DNA of 64,000 bases from Pyrinomonadaceae bacterium (GCA_041492185.1 JBGPWL010000010.1:10117-74116), one strand, 5' to 3'. Shown: positions 38,731-48,513, numbered from the stretch's first letter. Numbers and translations are program-made. Notes: generated by a model from the letters alone, not told the origin.

Positions 38731-38788
38731 GGGCCTGGGGCATGAACGCGATACGTTATCAGATTGAGTACGGCCATACCGCGCTTGA

Positions 38789-39052
38789 AGACTTGGGCCC
38801 TGCTTCGCGCCCATCGCCCGCACAAACTTTGCTTTCGATTTGGGAGGAGTGATTGAACTCTATCCTACGAAGCGAACGATCATTCGCTTCGACGCAGGTG
38901 ACACCATCATTCGTTTGGGCGCGCGCAACATAGCTGCGACACAGGTGCCGGCGCCGGGCAGTTTAGCTCCGATTCGCCTGGTTGTGATCCCGGCATCGGC
39001 CGAAACCACGCACAACTTTCAGGGCAGCATTGGTGTTGGCTTTCGCTTCTGA
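38789..39052 (+). pseudogene. C-terminal fragment of an outer-membrane beta-barrel protein
   Basis: Open frame without signal peptide; alternating beta-strand pattern ending ...GSIGVGFRF* (terminal Phe typical of OMPs). Confidence 0.35.
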
Positions 39053-39053
39053 G

Positions 39054-39419
39054 TTACCGATTATTTGCTTTCACCGCGTTGTTGATTAGTTTCACGGCCG
39101 TCTCGGGATCTTCCACTTCGATCACCAGTTTGTGATAGCGCTCGTGATCCAGCTCCACGACGATCGTCTTTTCCGGATGACGGACGTCCCAAAACACTAA
39201 ACCGCCATCCTGGTAGAATGTACCCGCGCGAAAAATGTTCGGGAGACCGGCGCCGCCTAACTTGATTCCCTGAAACCAGCCCATCGCCGGATCGGGATCA
39301 ACATGCGCGCCGTTGATGTGCGCCAGCGGAATCTCCAGACGACTGCGCAAAGACCACAACTGGTCCCAGCCCTGCACTTCAAAAACTGCTTTGTCGCCTT
39401 CGATACTGATTTCAATCAT
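39054..39419 (-). CDS. hypothetical protein
   Basis: ORF 39054..39674 trimmed to ATG 39419 because the upstream 85 codons are encoded by a dispersed repeat copy. Confidence 0.55.
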   Translation of the reverse strand: MIEISIEGDKAVFEVQGWDQLWSLRSRLEIPLAHINGAHVDPDPAMGWFQGIKLGGAGLPNIFRAGTFYQDGGLVFWDVRHPEKTIVVELDHERYHKLVIEVEDPETAVKLINNAVKANNR

Positions 39420-39533
39420 TTGAAACGCCTCCGCAGAGTGGAAGAATTGTTCGTACGATAGCACAGGTTTCTCGACGCAGGCATTATCCTCCTGAAATGC
39501 GTTCGACACTCCACCTCGCAAGCGCAACCCCTG

Positions 39534-39609
39534 GTGCTGGTTCAGTTCGCTTGTGGCACGCGCATCTTGCGCGTGATTCACGGGCGGGACGCCCGTGCCA
39601 CTTTTCAAA
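39534..39609 (-). repeat. dispersed ~72-nt double-hairpin repeat, copy 2
   Basis: Reverse complement tttgaaaagtggcacgggcgtcccgcccgtgaatcacgcgcaagatgcgcgtgccacaagcgaactgaaccagcac. Confidence 0.7.
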
Positions 39610-39697
39610 TGAACCAGCACCCAACCCCTCGTTGGCTTGGACATTCGACGGCGAGGCGATGGATAATGCGTCAAATCAATTTACGAGGAGATAACTT

Positions 39698-40651
39698 ATG
39701 ATTCCCAGTAAACGTTTCAGCGTTTCCCTACTCGCATTCTTTTTCCTTTGCGTGGCGCAATACGCGTCCGCGCAGCAGCCACCGCTGGCAATCAAGCCGC
39801 TGCGGCCCAGCCAGAAGGCGAGCGTGATGCAGACCGTCGGCGTCACCGACATCACCATTACCTACAGTCGGCCGCCCGTGAAAGGGCGGACAATTTTCGC
39901 GGATGCTCCCGCCACAATGGAGGCGCGCGCCAAGGGCGAGGCCACTCTCGACAATCAGAACGAACGTAAGGCCGGCGAACCCATCGTTCCCTATAACCAC
40001 GTGTGGCGTGCCGGCGCGAACGAAGCGACGATGTTTCAGGTCACCGATGATGTCTTAGTCAACGGACAACCGTTAAAGGCCGGCACCTATAGCATGCACG
40101 CCATACCCGGTAAGGAAGAGTGGACAATCATCTTCAATAGCGATGCCGGGCAGTGGGGCAGCTTTACTTATGACTCGGCGAAGGACGTGCTGCGCGTCAA
40201 GACGAAGCCGCAGATGGTAAACGACAACCAGGAATGGCTGATATACAGTTTCGATCCGGTCACTGATAATTCCGCCACCGTCAATCTTCGCTGGGAGAAA
40301 GTTCGCGTTCCGTTTACCGTCGAAGTCAAAGACGTCAAGGCGGCCTGGCGCGCCAGGGCTGATGCGCTCATTGCCGCCAATCCAACTAACGAAGTTCTTC
40401 CGCTTCAGGTAGCGAACACTTACGCCCGCGACAAGAATTGGGATGAAGCACTAAAATTTGTTGACCAATCCATCAAAGTCAAAGAGACGTTCGCGAATCT
40501 TTCCGCCAAAGCCAACATCCTTTGGGGAGCGGGCAAGAAAGAAGAAGCGCTGACGGTTGCCGATGCGGCCATCGCGAAAGGCAAGGCCGACAAAGTTAAC
40601 ACGACGACCTTCGAAAAACGCGTTGCCGACATGAAAGCTGGCAAGATGTAA
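39698..40651 (+). CDS. secreted DUF2911 protein with C-terminal TPR-like region
   Basis: 317 aa; signal peptide; ITYSRPPVKGR...VWRAGANEAT...AGTYSMHAIP motifs typical of DUF2911. Confidence 0.75.
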   Translation: MIPSKRFSVSLLAFFFLCVAQYASAQQPPLAIKPLRPSQKASVMQTVGVTDITITYSRPPVKGRTIFADAPATMEARAKGEATLDNQNERKAGEPIVPYNHVWRAGANEATMFQVTDDVLVNGQPLKAGTYSMHAIPGKEEWTIIFNSDAGQWGSFTYDSAKDVLRVKTKPQMVNDNQEWLIYSFDPVTDNSATVNLRWEKVRVPFTVEVKDVKAAWRARADALIAANPTNEVLPLQVANTYARDKNWDEALKFVDQSIKVKETFANLSAKANILWGAGKKEEALTVADAAIAKGKADKVNTTTFEKRVADMKAGKM

Positions 40652-40672
40652 GCGTGAATTAGAAATTCTCTC

Positions 40673-41249
40673 GTGAAGGTTACGCATTTTCGATCGCCGA
40701 CCGCTTTCCGAGAGTGGCTGGAGCAGCATCACAAAACCGCGCAGGAACTGTGGGTCGGCTTTTACAAGAAGGGCTCAGGCAAGCCGAGCCTCACCTGGCC
40801 CGAGTCCGTTGCTGAAGCCCTTTGCTTCGGGTGGATCGACGGCATTCGCAAACGCGTCGATGAAGAGAGCTACACGATCCGCTTCTCCGCGAAAGCGCAC
40901 CAGCACGTGGAGTTCCGTCAATATCAAACTCGCGCAACAACTGATCGAACAAGGCCTGATGCAACCCGCTGGCCTCGAGGCATTCAAAGCCCGACGCGAG
41001 AATCGCTCCGGCATTTATGCTTACGAACAGCGCAGTGAAAACCTCCCCGAGCGTTACGCGAGCAAATTCAAGAAGCACAAACTCGCGTGGCAATTCTTTC
41101 AATCGCAACCAGCCTGGTATCGCAAGACCGCTATGTGGCACATCGTCAGCGCGAAGAAAGAAGAGACGCGACTGAAGCGATTGGAAAAATTGATCGAAGA
41201 CTCCGCCGCAGGACGATCAGTTCAGCAACTTGCGCGCAAGCCGAGGTAG
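40673..41249 (+). pseudogene. YdeI/OmpD-associated family gene with a frameshift
   Basis: ORF 40673.. reads ...GWIDGIRKRVDEESYTIRF; the family continuation PRKRTSTWSSVNIKLAQQLIEQGLM... runs in the +1 frame (ORF 40809..41249); break near 40884-40888. Confidence 0.65.
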
Positions 41250-41336
41250 AAAATCTCGAACCTATCACGAGTAGGAACGGAGACTCAAACGCGCTCGGCG
41301 TGGAATGTCGACCGACTTGTCGCCTGCCGAAGCTCA

Positions 41337-44300
41337 TCACTGCCTCGGCCGCTTGCCCCAAGTTGGCGATGGCGGTTCCTTCGTAGCGCGATCGACTGGA
41401 TGTTCTTTCAGCATGCGCATTGCTTCCTGCACCGCGCGTTCGAGTTGCGGATCGCGTCCGGCGACTACGTCTTTAGGCCAGTTCTCGACGTCGATGTCGG
41501 GTGCGACGCCTTCATTCTCAACCGCCCATCTGTTATCGCGCGCGAAGAAGCCGCCGCGTGGCGCGATCATCGATCCTCCATCAACAAATGTAGGCGTGTC
41601 GGCCGTATGAACGAGTCCGCCCCAGGTTCGTTTGCCGACCAGCAAACCGATCTTTCGGTACCTGAACATGTAAGGCATCAAGTCGCCACCCGAACCCGCC
41701 ATCTCGTTAATGATCATTACCTTCGGACCCCAGATGCCCGCTGCCGGACTCGTGAACGGATAACGATCGCCGGCGACGTTGTTGAAGTAACCATCGAAAT
41801 CGCGTTGCAGCACGTCGATGATGTAGTCGGCTGCTGAGCCACCGCCGTTGTAACGTTCATCGATGATCGCGCCCGTCTTGTCCTGCTGCGAAAAGTAATA
41901 ACGATTGAAGCTCGAATAGCCCGGCTGCCCCGTATTCGGCAGATAGACATAAGCGAGTTGTCCGCCAGAGAGTTTTTCAACCAGGCGACGGTTTGACTCG
42001 ACCCACGCGCGCGTGCGCAGACCCTGTTCGTTCGCGACCGGCACCACGACGACATGGCGCGCGCCCTCCATCGTCGGCTTGTCGTTGACGGTCACCGAAG
42101 TTTGTCGATTCGCCGTGCCATCAAGCAAGCGATAAATGTTGTCGGGCGCTTTCAGCTCGACGCCATTGATCGCAAGAATGTAATCGCCGATGTTTACGTT
42201 TGCGCCGGGCACCGCAAGCGGCGAACGAAGATCAGGATTCCAATTTTCGTTGTCATAAATCCTCGTGACTTTGTAACGGCCATTTTCAATCGCGAAGTCC
42301 GCGCCCAGCAATCCTCCTATCACCGGAGGAACATCCGGCATATCCCCGCCGCGCACGTACGAGTGCCCGATCGCAATCTCAGAACCCATCATGTCGATCA
42401 AATAATTCAGATCGGCGCGATGCATTGCGTACGGCAACATCGCGCCGTACATCTCTTTGTCCTTCACCCAATCCGTCCCGTGCAGGTTCGGCACATAGAG
42501 ATAGTCGCGCTGGTTGCGCCAACCTTCGTTGAAGATCTGTTTGAACTCCTCTTTCGGATCGAGATACATACGCAAAGTGAACGTGAGCCTGCCGCTCCCG
42601 GGCTGTGGCGGAGTTCGATCTGCATCAACTATGTAAAGCGAAGGCGCCGGAGGCCGGCCACTAAAAACCACCAAAACGCCGCCGCCGCCGCCGCCGGCCG
42701 CACGATAGACGAGTTTGTGACCATCGGCGCTCACGTCAAAGCTTGCGACTCCGGTGACAAATGTCGCAGCCTTCCGATCGCTGAGCCGATAGCGGATCAA
42801 TTCATTACCACCACCGCCGCCACCAGCTCCGCCCCCGCCCTGACCGGGACGACCAGCTTCGAGATAAAAGACGATGCCGTCAGCGCCAGCCGACAACGCC
42901 GAGTACTGTCGCTCAGGCACGCCGGGCACCGAGATAATTCGGTGCGACAACTCATCAAAATCGATCTGAACATTTACCGGCGGACGCGGCCTGCGCGCGG
43001 GCTGATCCGCTTGCGGTTCGGGTTGAGGGGTTTCGGCGCCTTCGCCCGCACCGGGCCGGCCTCCACGCACAGCACCACCGCCGCCGGGAACAGGACTCGG
43101 CGCGCTCCCGACGCCTTTGTCCTCATCACTCTCGGGCAGTAACGGACTGGCATCGCCTTTCTTCAGCACCGCAAGGTACAAACCGAAATTCTCGTCGTGA
43201 TCGTAAGAGGTCATGTCGAGCCACTGCGAACGCAAACCAAAATCAGTCGAGGCGAGAAACCAGAGGTACTTGCCGCTCGCATCCCAGGCCGGCCACACTG
43301 CATCAGCAAGTCCGTCGGTGACTTGCTTTGTTTCTCCGGTCTCAACGTTGCTCACAAAGATGGCGTGATACATCGATCTCAAACGGCTCGAGTACGCCAC
43401 CCATTTCGAGTCGGGACTCCAAACCGGATTGAGCGTGCGCTGTGGCACCATCCACGGATCGCTGCCGACGACTTTCGCCTGGCCGCTCGCAACGTCAAGC
43501 ACCCAGACATGCAGGTTCGTGTCCGTGAAAACGATCTTCTTCGAATCAGGCGACCACGAAGGCGTGTAGTAATGCGTCGGATGATCAAGCACGATCTCGC
43601 GCGGCGGTGTCAGCCCATCCTGCGCTTCGATGTAGAGACGATACTCGCCTGACTTGTCGCTGAAGTATGAAATCCATTTTCCATCCGGCGACCAAGCTGG
43701 ATCGCGTTCGGCCGAGCTGCCTGAATTAGTGAGGTTGCGCACGTCTCCCTTCTCAGCCGGGATGGTAAATATCTCGCCGCGCGCCTCGACGACGACGCGC
43801 TTGCCTGTGGGTGAGAGCGCCATGTTCGTCATCCGGTTTGTCACGTCCTCCCATTTCGGCATCATCCACGGGAAATCGCCTGCGGCCGTGATGTTGACGA
43901 CATGTTCTCTGCCGGTCCTGGGATCCAGCTCGTGAATGTAACCGGCTTGCTCGAACACAACGGCGCCTTCGCCCGAATCGATTGTCTTGACGTCGAAATC
44001 AGTGAACCTCGTCACTTGCGTCAGTTTCTTCGACTTCGTCTGATAGGACCACACATTAGCAACGCCGTCGCGATCGGAAATGAAATAGACAGCATCGTCC
44101 ACCCAAACGGGATCCATGTCTTTCGAGTCGGTCCACGGCGGCGATACAAGTTCGTAAGTTTTGAGATCGACGATCCAGATCGGGCGGTTCTGTCCGCCGC
44201 GATAGTTGCGACGCTCCTCGTCCCACGAGTTGTTCATCCGGTAGGCGATATGAGTTCCGTCCGTCGAGATCTTGCCCTGGTAACCACGAGGCAGCGGCAT

Positions 44301-44789
44301 CGGTTCCTCAACGCCACCAGCCGCAGGGACGGTCCAAAATCGCGGCGCGCCGCTCGGCGTCCACGTCGCGCGGGCCGATGAAAACAAAATCGCTTTGCCG
44401 TCAGGCGTCCAGCCCTGCACTTGATCGGCGCCGGGATGCCAGGTAAGTCGGCGCGGCTCGCCGCCGTCAGCCGCGACGACGTACACGTCCATGTTGCCGG
44501 CGTACTCGCCGCTGAACGCGATCCATTTTCCGTCGGGCGAGAAATGCGGATTCGTCGTCTGGCCCTGGAAGCTTGTAAGCCGCCGCGCAGAGCCGCCGGC
44601 GCGCGGGACGACGAAAATGTTGTTCGCGTAAGCAAACCCGATCTGCGTAGCGCTCACGGTTGGCGTGCGCAATAGCCGCGTCTGCCCGTTCGGCGTTTGA
44701 GCGCTTACCGACACGAGAGCGCCGATCAATAAACCAAATAGAATGAAAGTGCGGCAGCAATGCTCCGCTGAAAAAGTTCGTGTAGACAT
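41337..44789 (-). CDS. tricorn protease homolog (PD40/WD40 beta-propellers + S41 peptidase domain)
   Basis: 1150 aa; signal peptide; repeated SPDGKWIA.. PD40 motifs; PDZ/S41 C-terminal region; Gly-rich low-complexity inserts. Confidence 0.85.
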   Translation of the reverse strand: MSTRTFSAEHCCRTFILFGLLIGALVSVSAQTPNGQTRLLRTPTVSATQIGFAYANNIFVVPRAGGSARRLTSFQGQTTNPHFSPDGKWIAFSGEYAGNMDVYVVAADGGEPRRLTWHPGADQVQGWTPDGKAILFSSARATWTPSGAPRFWTVPAAGGVEEPMPLPRGYQGKISTDGTHIAYRMNNSWDEERRNYRGGQNRPIWIVDLKTYELVSPPWTDSKDMDPVWVDDAVYFISDRDGVANVWSYQTKSKKLTQVTRFTDFDVKTIDSGEGAVVFEQAGYIHELDPRTGREHVVNITAAGDFPWMMPKWEDVTNRMTNMALSPTGKRVVVEARGEIFTIPAEKGDVRNLTNSGSSAERDPAWSPDGKWISYFSDKSGEYRLYIEAQDGLTPPREIVLDHPTHYYTPSWSPDSKKIVFTDTNLHVWVLDVASGQAKVVGSDPWMVPQRTLNPVWSPDSKWVAYSSRLRSMYHAIFVSNVETGETKQVTDGLADAVWPAWDASGKYLWFLASTDFGLRSQWLDMTSYDHDENFGLYLAVLKKGDASPLLPESDEDKGVGSAPSPVPGGGGAVRGGRPGAGEGAETPQPEPQADQPARRPRPPVNVQIDFDELSHRIISVPGVPERQYSALSAGADGIVFYLEAGRPGQGGGGAGGGGGGNELIRYRLSDRKAATFVTGVASFDVSADGHKLVYRAAGGGGGGVLVVFSGRPPAPSLYIVDADRTPPQPGSGRLTFTLRMYLDPKEEFKQIFNEGWRNQRDYLYVPNLHGTDWVKDKEMYGAMLPYAMHRADLNYLIDMMGSEIAIGHSYVRGGDMPDVPPVIGGLLGADFAIENGRYKVTRIYDNENWNPDLRSPLAVPGANVNIGDYILAINGVELKAPDNIYRLLDGTANRQTSVTVNDKPTMEGARHVVVVPVANEQGLRTRAWVESNRRLVEKLSGGQLAYVYLPNTGQPGYSSFNRYYFSQQDKTGAIIDERYNGGGSAADYIIDVLQRDFDGYFNNVAGDRYPFTSPAAGIWGPKVMIINEMAGSGGDLMPYMFRYRKIGLLVGKRTWGGLVHTADTPTFVDGGSMIAPRGGFFARDNRWAVENEGVAPDIDVENWPKDVVAGRDPQLERAVQEAMRMLKEHPVDRATKEPPSPTWGKRPRQ

Positions 44790-44906
44790 TTGTTTTTCCT
44801 CCAGGAAGGAGACCGATGAATTGCGTGCGTGCCCCTTTTAGCATGAAGCTCATTGAGGAGCAAAGTTTTCTATGCGTTTTCTGGGCCGGCGGCCGCCGAA
44901 CAGATC

Positions 44907-44959
44907 CATATGTAAAGTTAGGCCGCCAACTTTACATATGCGAAACTATATGTAAAGTT
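44907..44959. promoter_or_regulatory. perfect 13-bp inverted repeat CATATGTAAAGTT-N8-AACTTTACATATG plus a third direct copy
   Basis: Read directly; lies in the divergent region between the tricorn-like gene (ATG 44789) and the CYTH gene (ATG 44974). Confidence 0.5.
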
Positions 44960-44973
44960 CCCGCTGGACGAAG

Positions 44974-45561
44974 ATGGGCGTTGCAAAACTAACAGACCAG
45001 AATACCGTCGTGCCTGACAGCAAGTACGCACGCTTCGAGCGCGAGCGACGCTACCTTTTGCGGGATTTGCCCGAAGGGTTGACGCGCGCCGATTATCATT
45101 TGCAGATCACCGACAACTACATCACCGGCACGCGGCTGCGGATTCGCAAGGTGCGCGATCCGCGCACCAACAAATGGACGGTGAAGTTTACCCAGAAGTT
45201 TGCGCCTAATCCGCAAAATTTGTCGCGCACTGTAATCACGAACATCTATCTCGATGCGCAGGAGGCGGAGACGCTGGCAATCTTCGAGGCAAATGAGATT
45301 CGCAAGAACCGTTATTCTTTTGAATTTGAAGGCCGAAAGTTTTCGATTGACATGTTTCTCGGCGACCTGTTTGGGCTGGTGCTGGCGGAACTGAGTTTTG
45401 AGGCGGATGAAGAACTCGAGAGTTTTCCAAAGCCGCCCTTTGCGCTCGCCGACGTCACAAACAATGAAGTGTTCACCGGCGGCAGCCTCTGTCATTCGAC
45501 GTTTGAAGATATTCGCAACGAGATTATGAAAAGCGCGATCGTTGAGATAACGGGCGTATAG
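44974..45561 (+). CDS. CYTH domain protein
   Basis: 195 aa; N-terminal FERERRYLL (ExExK-like) and beta-barrel-type pattern of the CYTH/triphosphate tunnel family. Confidence 0.6.
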   Translation: MGVAKLTDQNTVVPDSKYARFERERRYLLRDLPEGLTRADYHLQITDNYITGTRLRIRKVRDPRTNKWTVKFTQKFAPNPQNLSRTVITNIYLDAQEAETLAIFEANEIRKNRYSFEFEGRKFSIDMFLGDLFGLVLAELSFEADEELESFPKPPFALADVTNNEVFTGGSLCHSTFEDIRNEIMKSAIVEITGV

Positions 45562-45629
45562 AGTACAAGCTTCAGCTTGGCTTTTCCGGTCGCGAACTAC
45601 CAGGCTAAAGCTTGAACTCTAAGCGCCTG
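45561..45629. repeat. REP-like hairpin element, copy A
   Basis: gagtacaagcttcagcttgg ... ccaggctaaagcttgaactc; its 3' 31 nt match 46932..46962 at 29/31. Confidence 0.6.
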
Positions 45630-45703
45630 ACGGATTGACGCGTTCGAGCGCCGTCAAGAATTAGTTGTCATTTACTTTCCGGCGCACACTTGAGATAAGC
45701 AGA

Positions 45704-46870
45704 ATGAACTTCAAAAAGCTCGTCATCCCCATGGCTCTAACGATCGCGCTGGCAATTGCTTTCGCCTGCCGGAAAAACAAGACAACCAACGCCCCAGCTA
45801 ACGCAACTGCTACTCCCGAAGCGTCACGTCAGCCCGAAGTCACCGCAGTTCCGGGAACTTATTTCAAAGGCTCGATCGGTACCTCAACCGATCTACAAAT
45901 GAAACTCGTTCGCGATGGCGAGAAACTGACAGGCAGCTACTTCTACCGAAAAGTCGGCGCGAAAATCGATCTCAAAGGAACCATCGACAAAGAAGGCAAC
46001 GTGACGCTTGAAGAGTTTGGCGCCGGTGGCAAACAGACCGGCGTCTTCAAAGGTCTTTGGAAAACTGACAACGAAGACGGACGCGCCAGCATCGCCGGTA
46101 ACTGGTCAAAGCCCGGCGGAGAAAGTAAGACGGCGTTCTCGCTGCACGAGGAACCAATTAGTTTCACCGGCGCGACGGAGATCGTGGCAAAGCAGATCAA
46201 GGAAGCAAACAAGAAGCTGAATTACACGATCGATGTCGAGTATCCGGAAGTGACCGGAGCGACCGATAATCGCTTCGCGAAGTTCAATCAGGAAGCGAAG
46301 GACCTGGTCACGAAACAGGTCGCCGCATTTAAAAAAGCGCAGGCCGACGCGGCGAAGTTTGCGGCCCAAGCGAAGTCGCCACCGGAGACGCCGACCCTGT
46401 CGAGCATGGCGAGCGATCTCAGTGGCGGTTACACGATCGCCATCGCGAATGACAATCTGATTAGCGTTCAATACGACCTTGGTGGCTATTCCGCCGGCGC
46501 AGCGCATAACAATTCAAGCTCATACGCGCTCAACTACGACGTGAAAGCGGACAAGGTGCTGAAGCTCGCTGAAATTTTCAAGCCCGACGCGAAATACCTG
46601 CAAGCAATCTCGGCTTACTGCATCAGCGATCTGAAAAAGCAGTCGAAGAAAAACGGGAACTCCCTGCCGGACGACATGATTCAGGTGGGCGCGGCGCCGA
46701 AGGTTCAGAATTACAAAAGTTGGACGGTGAGCAAAAAAGGTTTGGCGATAACTTTTGACGCGTACCAGGTTGGGCCTTACGTCGCCGGGCCGCAAAGCGT
46801 ACTCATCCCTTACGCGGCGCTAAAGGATCTGATTAAGCCCGACGGTCCGATTGGCGCTTTCGCGAAATAA
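45704..46870 (+). CDS. lipoprotein with DUF3298/DUF4163-like domain
   Basis: ORF 45665.. trimmed to ATG 45704; lipobox ...AIAFAC; ...YPEVTGATDNRFAKFNQEAK... resembles the RsiV/PdaC-type domain. Confidence 0.6.
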   Translation: MNFKKLVIPMALTIALAIAFACRKNKTTNAPANATATPEASRQPEVTAVPGTYFKGSIGTSTDLQMKLVRDGEKLTGSYFYRKVGAKIDLKGTIDKEGNVTLEEFGAGGKQTGVFKGLWKTDNEDGRASIAGNWSKPGGESKTAFSLHEEPISFTGATEIVAKQIKEANKKLNYTIDVEYPEVTGATDNRFAKFNQEAKDLVTKQVAAFKKAQADAAKFAAQAKSPPETPTLSSMASDLSGGYTIAIANDNLISVQYDLGGYSAGAAHNNSSSYALNYDVKADKVLKLAEIFKPDAKYLQAISAYCISDLKKQSKKNGNSLPDDMIQVGAAPKVQNYKSWTVSKKGLAITFDAYQVGPYVAGPQSVLIPYAALKDLIKPDGPIGAFAK

Positions 46871-46893
46871 GGTTGCAGGGCGACAGGCGTTTC

Positions 46894-46962
46894 GGAGTTC
46901 GACCTTTAGGTTGCTGGTTGGAGAGTCGAAAACCAAGCTAAAGCTTGAACTCTCAGCGCCTG
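46894..46962. repeat. REP-like hairpin element, copy B
   Basis: gagttcgacctttaggttgctgg ... ccaagctaaagcttgaactc. Confidence 0.6.
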
Positions 46963-46981
46963 TAAACGCAACGCTTGCTTT

Positions 46982-47200
46982 ATGAATAAGCTGGTGGGAA
47001 TAAGTGTAGTTGTCGGCGGCGCTTGTCTGATTCTCGTCGGGCTGTTGATCTATTTAGGCGGCTTTAATTGGTTTGGCCGCTTGCCTGGGGACATCCGCTA
47101 CGAAAGCGCGCGCACGCAAGTTTACGTTCCCATCGTCTCGATGCTTTTGGTATCGCTGGCGCTAAGTCTGATCTTCTATTTGATTCGGCGGTTCTTCTAA
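46982..47200 (+). CDS. DUF2905 small membrane protein
   Basis: 72 aa; ...FGRLPGDIRYE...VYVPIVSMLLVSL... hallmark of DUF2905. Confidence 0.8.
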   Translation: MNKLVGISVVVGGACLILVGLLIYLGGFNWFGRLPGDIRYESARTQVYVPIVSMLLVSLALSLIFYLIRRFF

Positions 47201-47222
47201 GCTCACACGACTTCCGGCGCTC
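47197..47222 (+). repeat. 26-nt direct repeat, left copy (island boundary candidate)
   Basis: ctaagctcacacgacttccggcgctc; 24/26 identical to 56788..56813; overlaps the DUF2905 stop codon. Confidence 0.65.
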
Positions 47223-47310
47223 AAATCGCCGGGATGCTCCTTAACAGCAGCGCCAATACCGCGATCTGATTCAATTGTTTCTACGTCGGCAGAGCTTTCT
47301 TTGTATTCGC

Positions 47311-47460
47311 TTATGCCATGCGCCGGCGATTGAAAAGATTTATCACCAGAATCACGAGCGCAACTACGAGCAACAAGTGAATCAGGTTCGTGGTGACAAA
47401 GCCGCCAAGAAACCCAAGCATCCACAGCACCAACAACACTACTAGAATTGTCCACAACAT
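47311..47460 (-). CDS. lmo0937-family small membrane protein (49 aa; below the ORF-track cutoff)
   Basis: Hand translation MLWTILVVLLVLWMLGFLGGFVTTNLIHLLLVVALVILVINLFNRRRMA*; AGGAG 8 nt upstream of the ATG. Confidence 0.65.
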   Translation of the reverse strand: MLWTILVVLLVLWMLGFLGGFVTTNLIHLLLVVALVILVINLFNRRRMA

Positions 47461-47543
47461 GATCGTCTCTCCTTAATCAAACTCCATCTGACCTTCTGAA
47501 TCTCCTTGAGACCCTTGTGTAAAGCTAGTGTGGGCTCCGGCCG

Positions 47544-47564
47544 CTGGGGCCGTCTGTGCGCTGG
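47544..47564. promoter_or_regulatory. Crp-box 1 (tctgtgcgctggagcacatat), upstream of crp paralog 1
   Basis: TGTG-N8-CACA palindrome; centre about 144 nt upstream of ATG 47698; overlaps a perfect 14-bp palindrome AGCACATATGTGCT (47556..47569) that adds a third half-site. Confidence 0.6.
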
Positions 47565-47697
47565 AGCACATATGTGCTAACATTTGTGTTCAGGCCATTA
47601 GCGTTGTCGTTGCCTCTGACGAAAACTCTTTACATCGCGGAAGAGTCCGAAATCCGTTCTGGCTTTTTCAGCGGCGGCGGCGGCATGGAGGGTTCAC

Positions 47698-48411
47698 ATG
47701 TCTGTCTCAATAAACCCTGTTCCCCCAAGGGGAAACCGCTTGCTCGGGAAACTTCCGGACGAGGAGTATGAACGCCTGCTGCCAAAACTTCAGGAAGTCT
47801 CTTTTTCCCTCGGTGAAGTTGTATATGAATTCGGCGGACATTTGGATTATGTCTTTTTCCCTACAACAGCAATCGTCTCTCTGCTCTACACCATGGAAAA
47901 CGGCACGAGCGCCGAAATGGGCTTGACGGGTAACGATGGTGTGGTGGGGATTGCCCTCTTCATGGGCGGAGGCACCATGCCCAACCGTGCCGTCGTGCAG
48001 AGTGCCGGCAGGGCCCTGAGGATGAAGGCAAAGGTGCTGCAAGATGAATTCGCGATGGGCGGCAAATTCCAACACTGGCTGCTGCGCTACACGCAAGCAC
48101 TCATTACCCAAATCTCACAGACAGCCGTTTGCAACCGGCTGCACTCGGTTGAAGAGCAACTTTGCCGCTGGCTGTTGTTAAGCCACGACCGGGTTCCGTC
48201 GGACGAGTTGATCATGACGCAGGAACTGATCGCCGATATGTTGGGTGTCCGCCGCGAAGGCGTGACCGTGGCCGCCGGTCGCTTGCAAGATGTTGGAGCG
48301 ATTAGCTACGTCCGCGGCCACATCAAGATTCTCGACCGCCAAAAATTGGAAGAAACCGTCTGCGAATGTTACCGAGTTGTCAAAAACGAGTTTGACCGCT
48401 TGCTCGGATAG
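47698..48411 (+). CDS. Crp/Fnr family transcriptional regulator (paralog 1)
   Basis: 237 aa; cNMP-binding-type beta-roll plus C-terminal HTH (ELIADMLGVRREGVTVAAGRLQ). Confidence 0.85.
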   Translation: MSVSINPVPPRGNRLLGKLPDEEYERLLPKLQEVSFSLGEVVYEFGGHLDYVFFPTTAIVSLLYTMENGTSAEMGLTGNDGVVGIALFMGGGTMPNRAVVQSAGRALRMKAKVLQDEFAMGGKFQHWLLRYTQALITQISQTAVCNRLHSVEEQLCRWLLLSHDRVPSDELIMTQELIADMLGVRREGVTVAAGRLQDVGAISYVRGHIKILDRQKLEETVCECYRVVKNEFDRLLG

Positions 48412-48418
48412 ATACCAA

Positions 48419-48513
48419 GGCAAAAGTAAAAAGGTAAAAGGCAAAAAGGAAGGGCGAATCAATCAACGGGCCGTTGGTTGTCGCCCTTCTCACTTTTCCT
48501 TTCTACTTTTGCC
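48419..48513 (+). terminator. long imperfect hairpin just after the crp paralog 1 stop
   Basis: Arms ggcaaaagta...gaagggcga / tcgcccttc...tacttttgcc built from A-rich heptamer-like units; inner hairpin CAACGG-GC-CGTTG. Confidence 0.45.

Noticed and set aside
39420-39674. N-terminal 85 codons of ORF 39054..39674
   Set aside because: They contain a copy of the dispersed 72-nt double-hairpin repeat that also occurs at 6687..6758 in non-coding context. The gene was trimmed to ATG 39419.
47162-47455. 97-aa ORF on the minus strand
   Set aside because: It has no membrane or family features. The same region in another frame encodes a well-formed 49-aa lmo0937-type membrane protein with a Shine-Dalgarno sequence (47311..47460).
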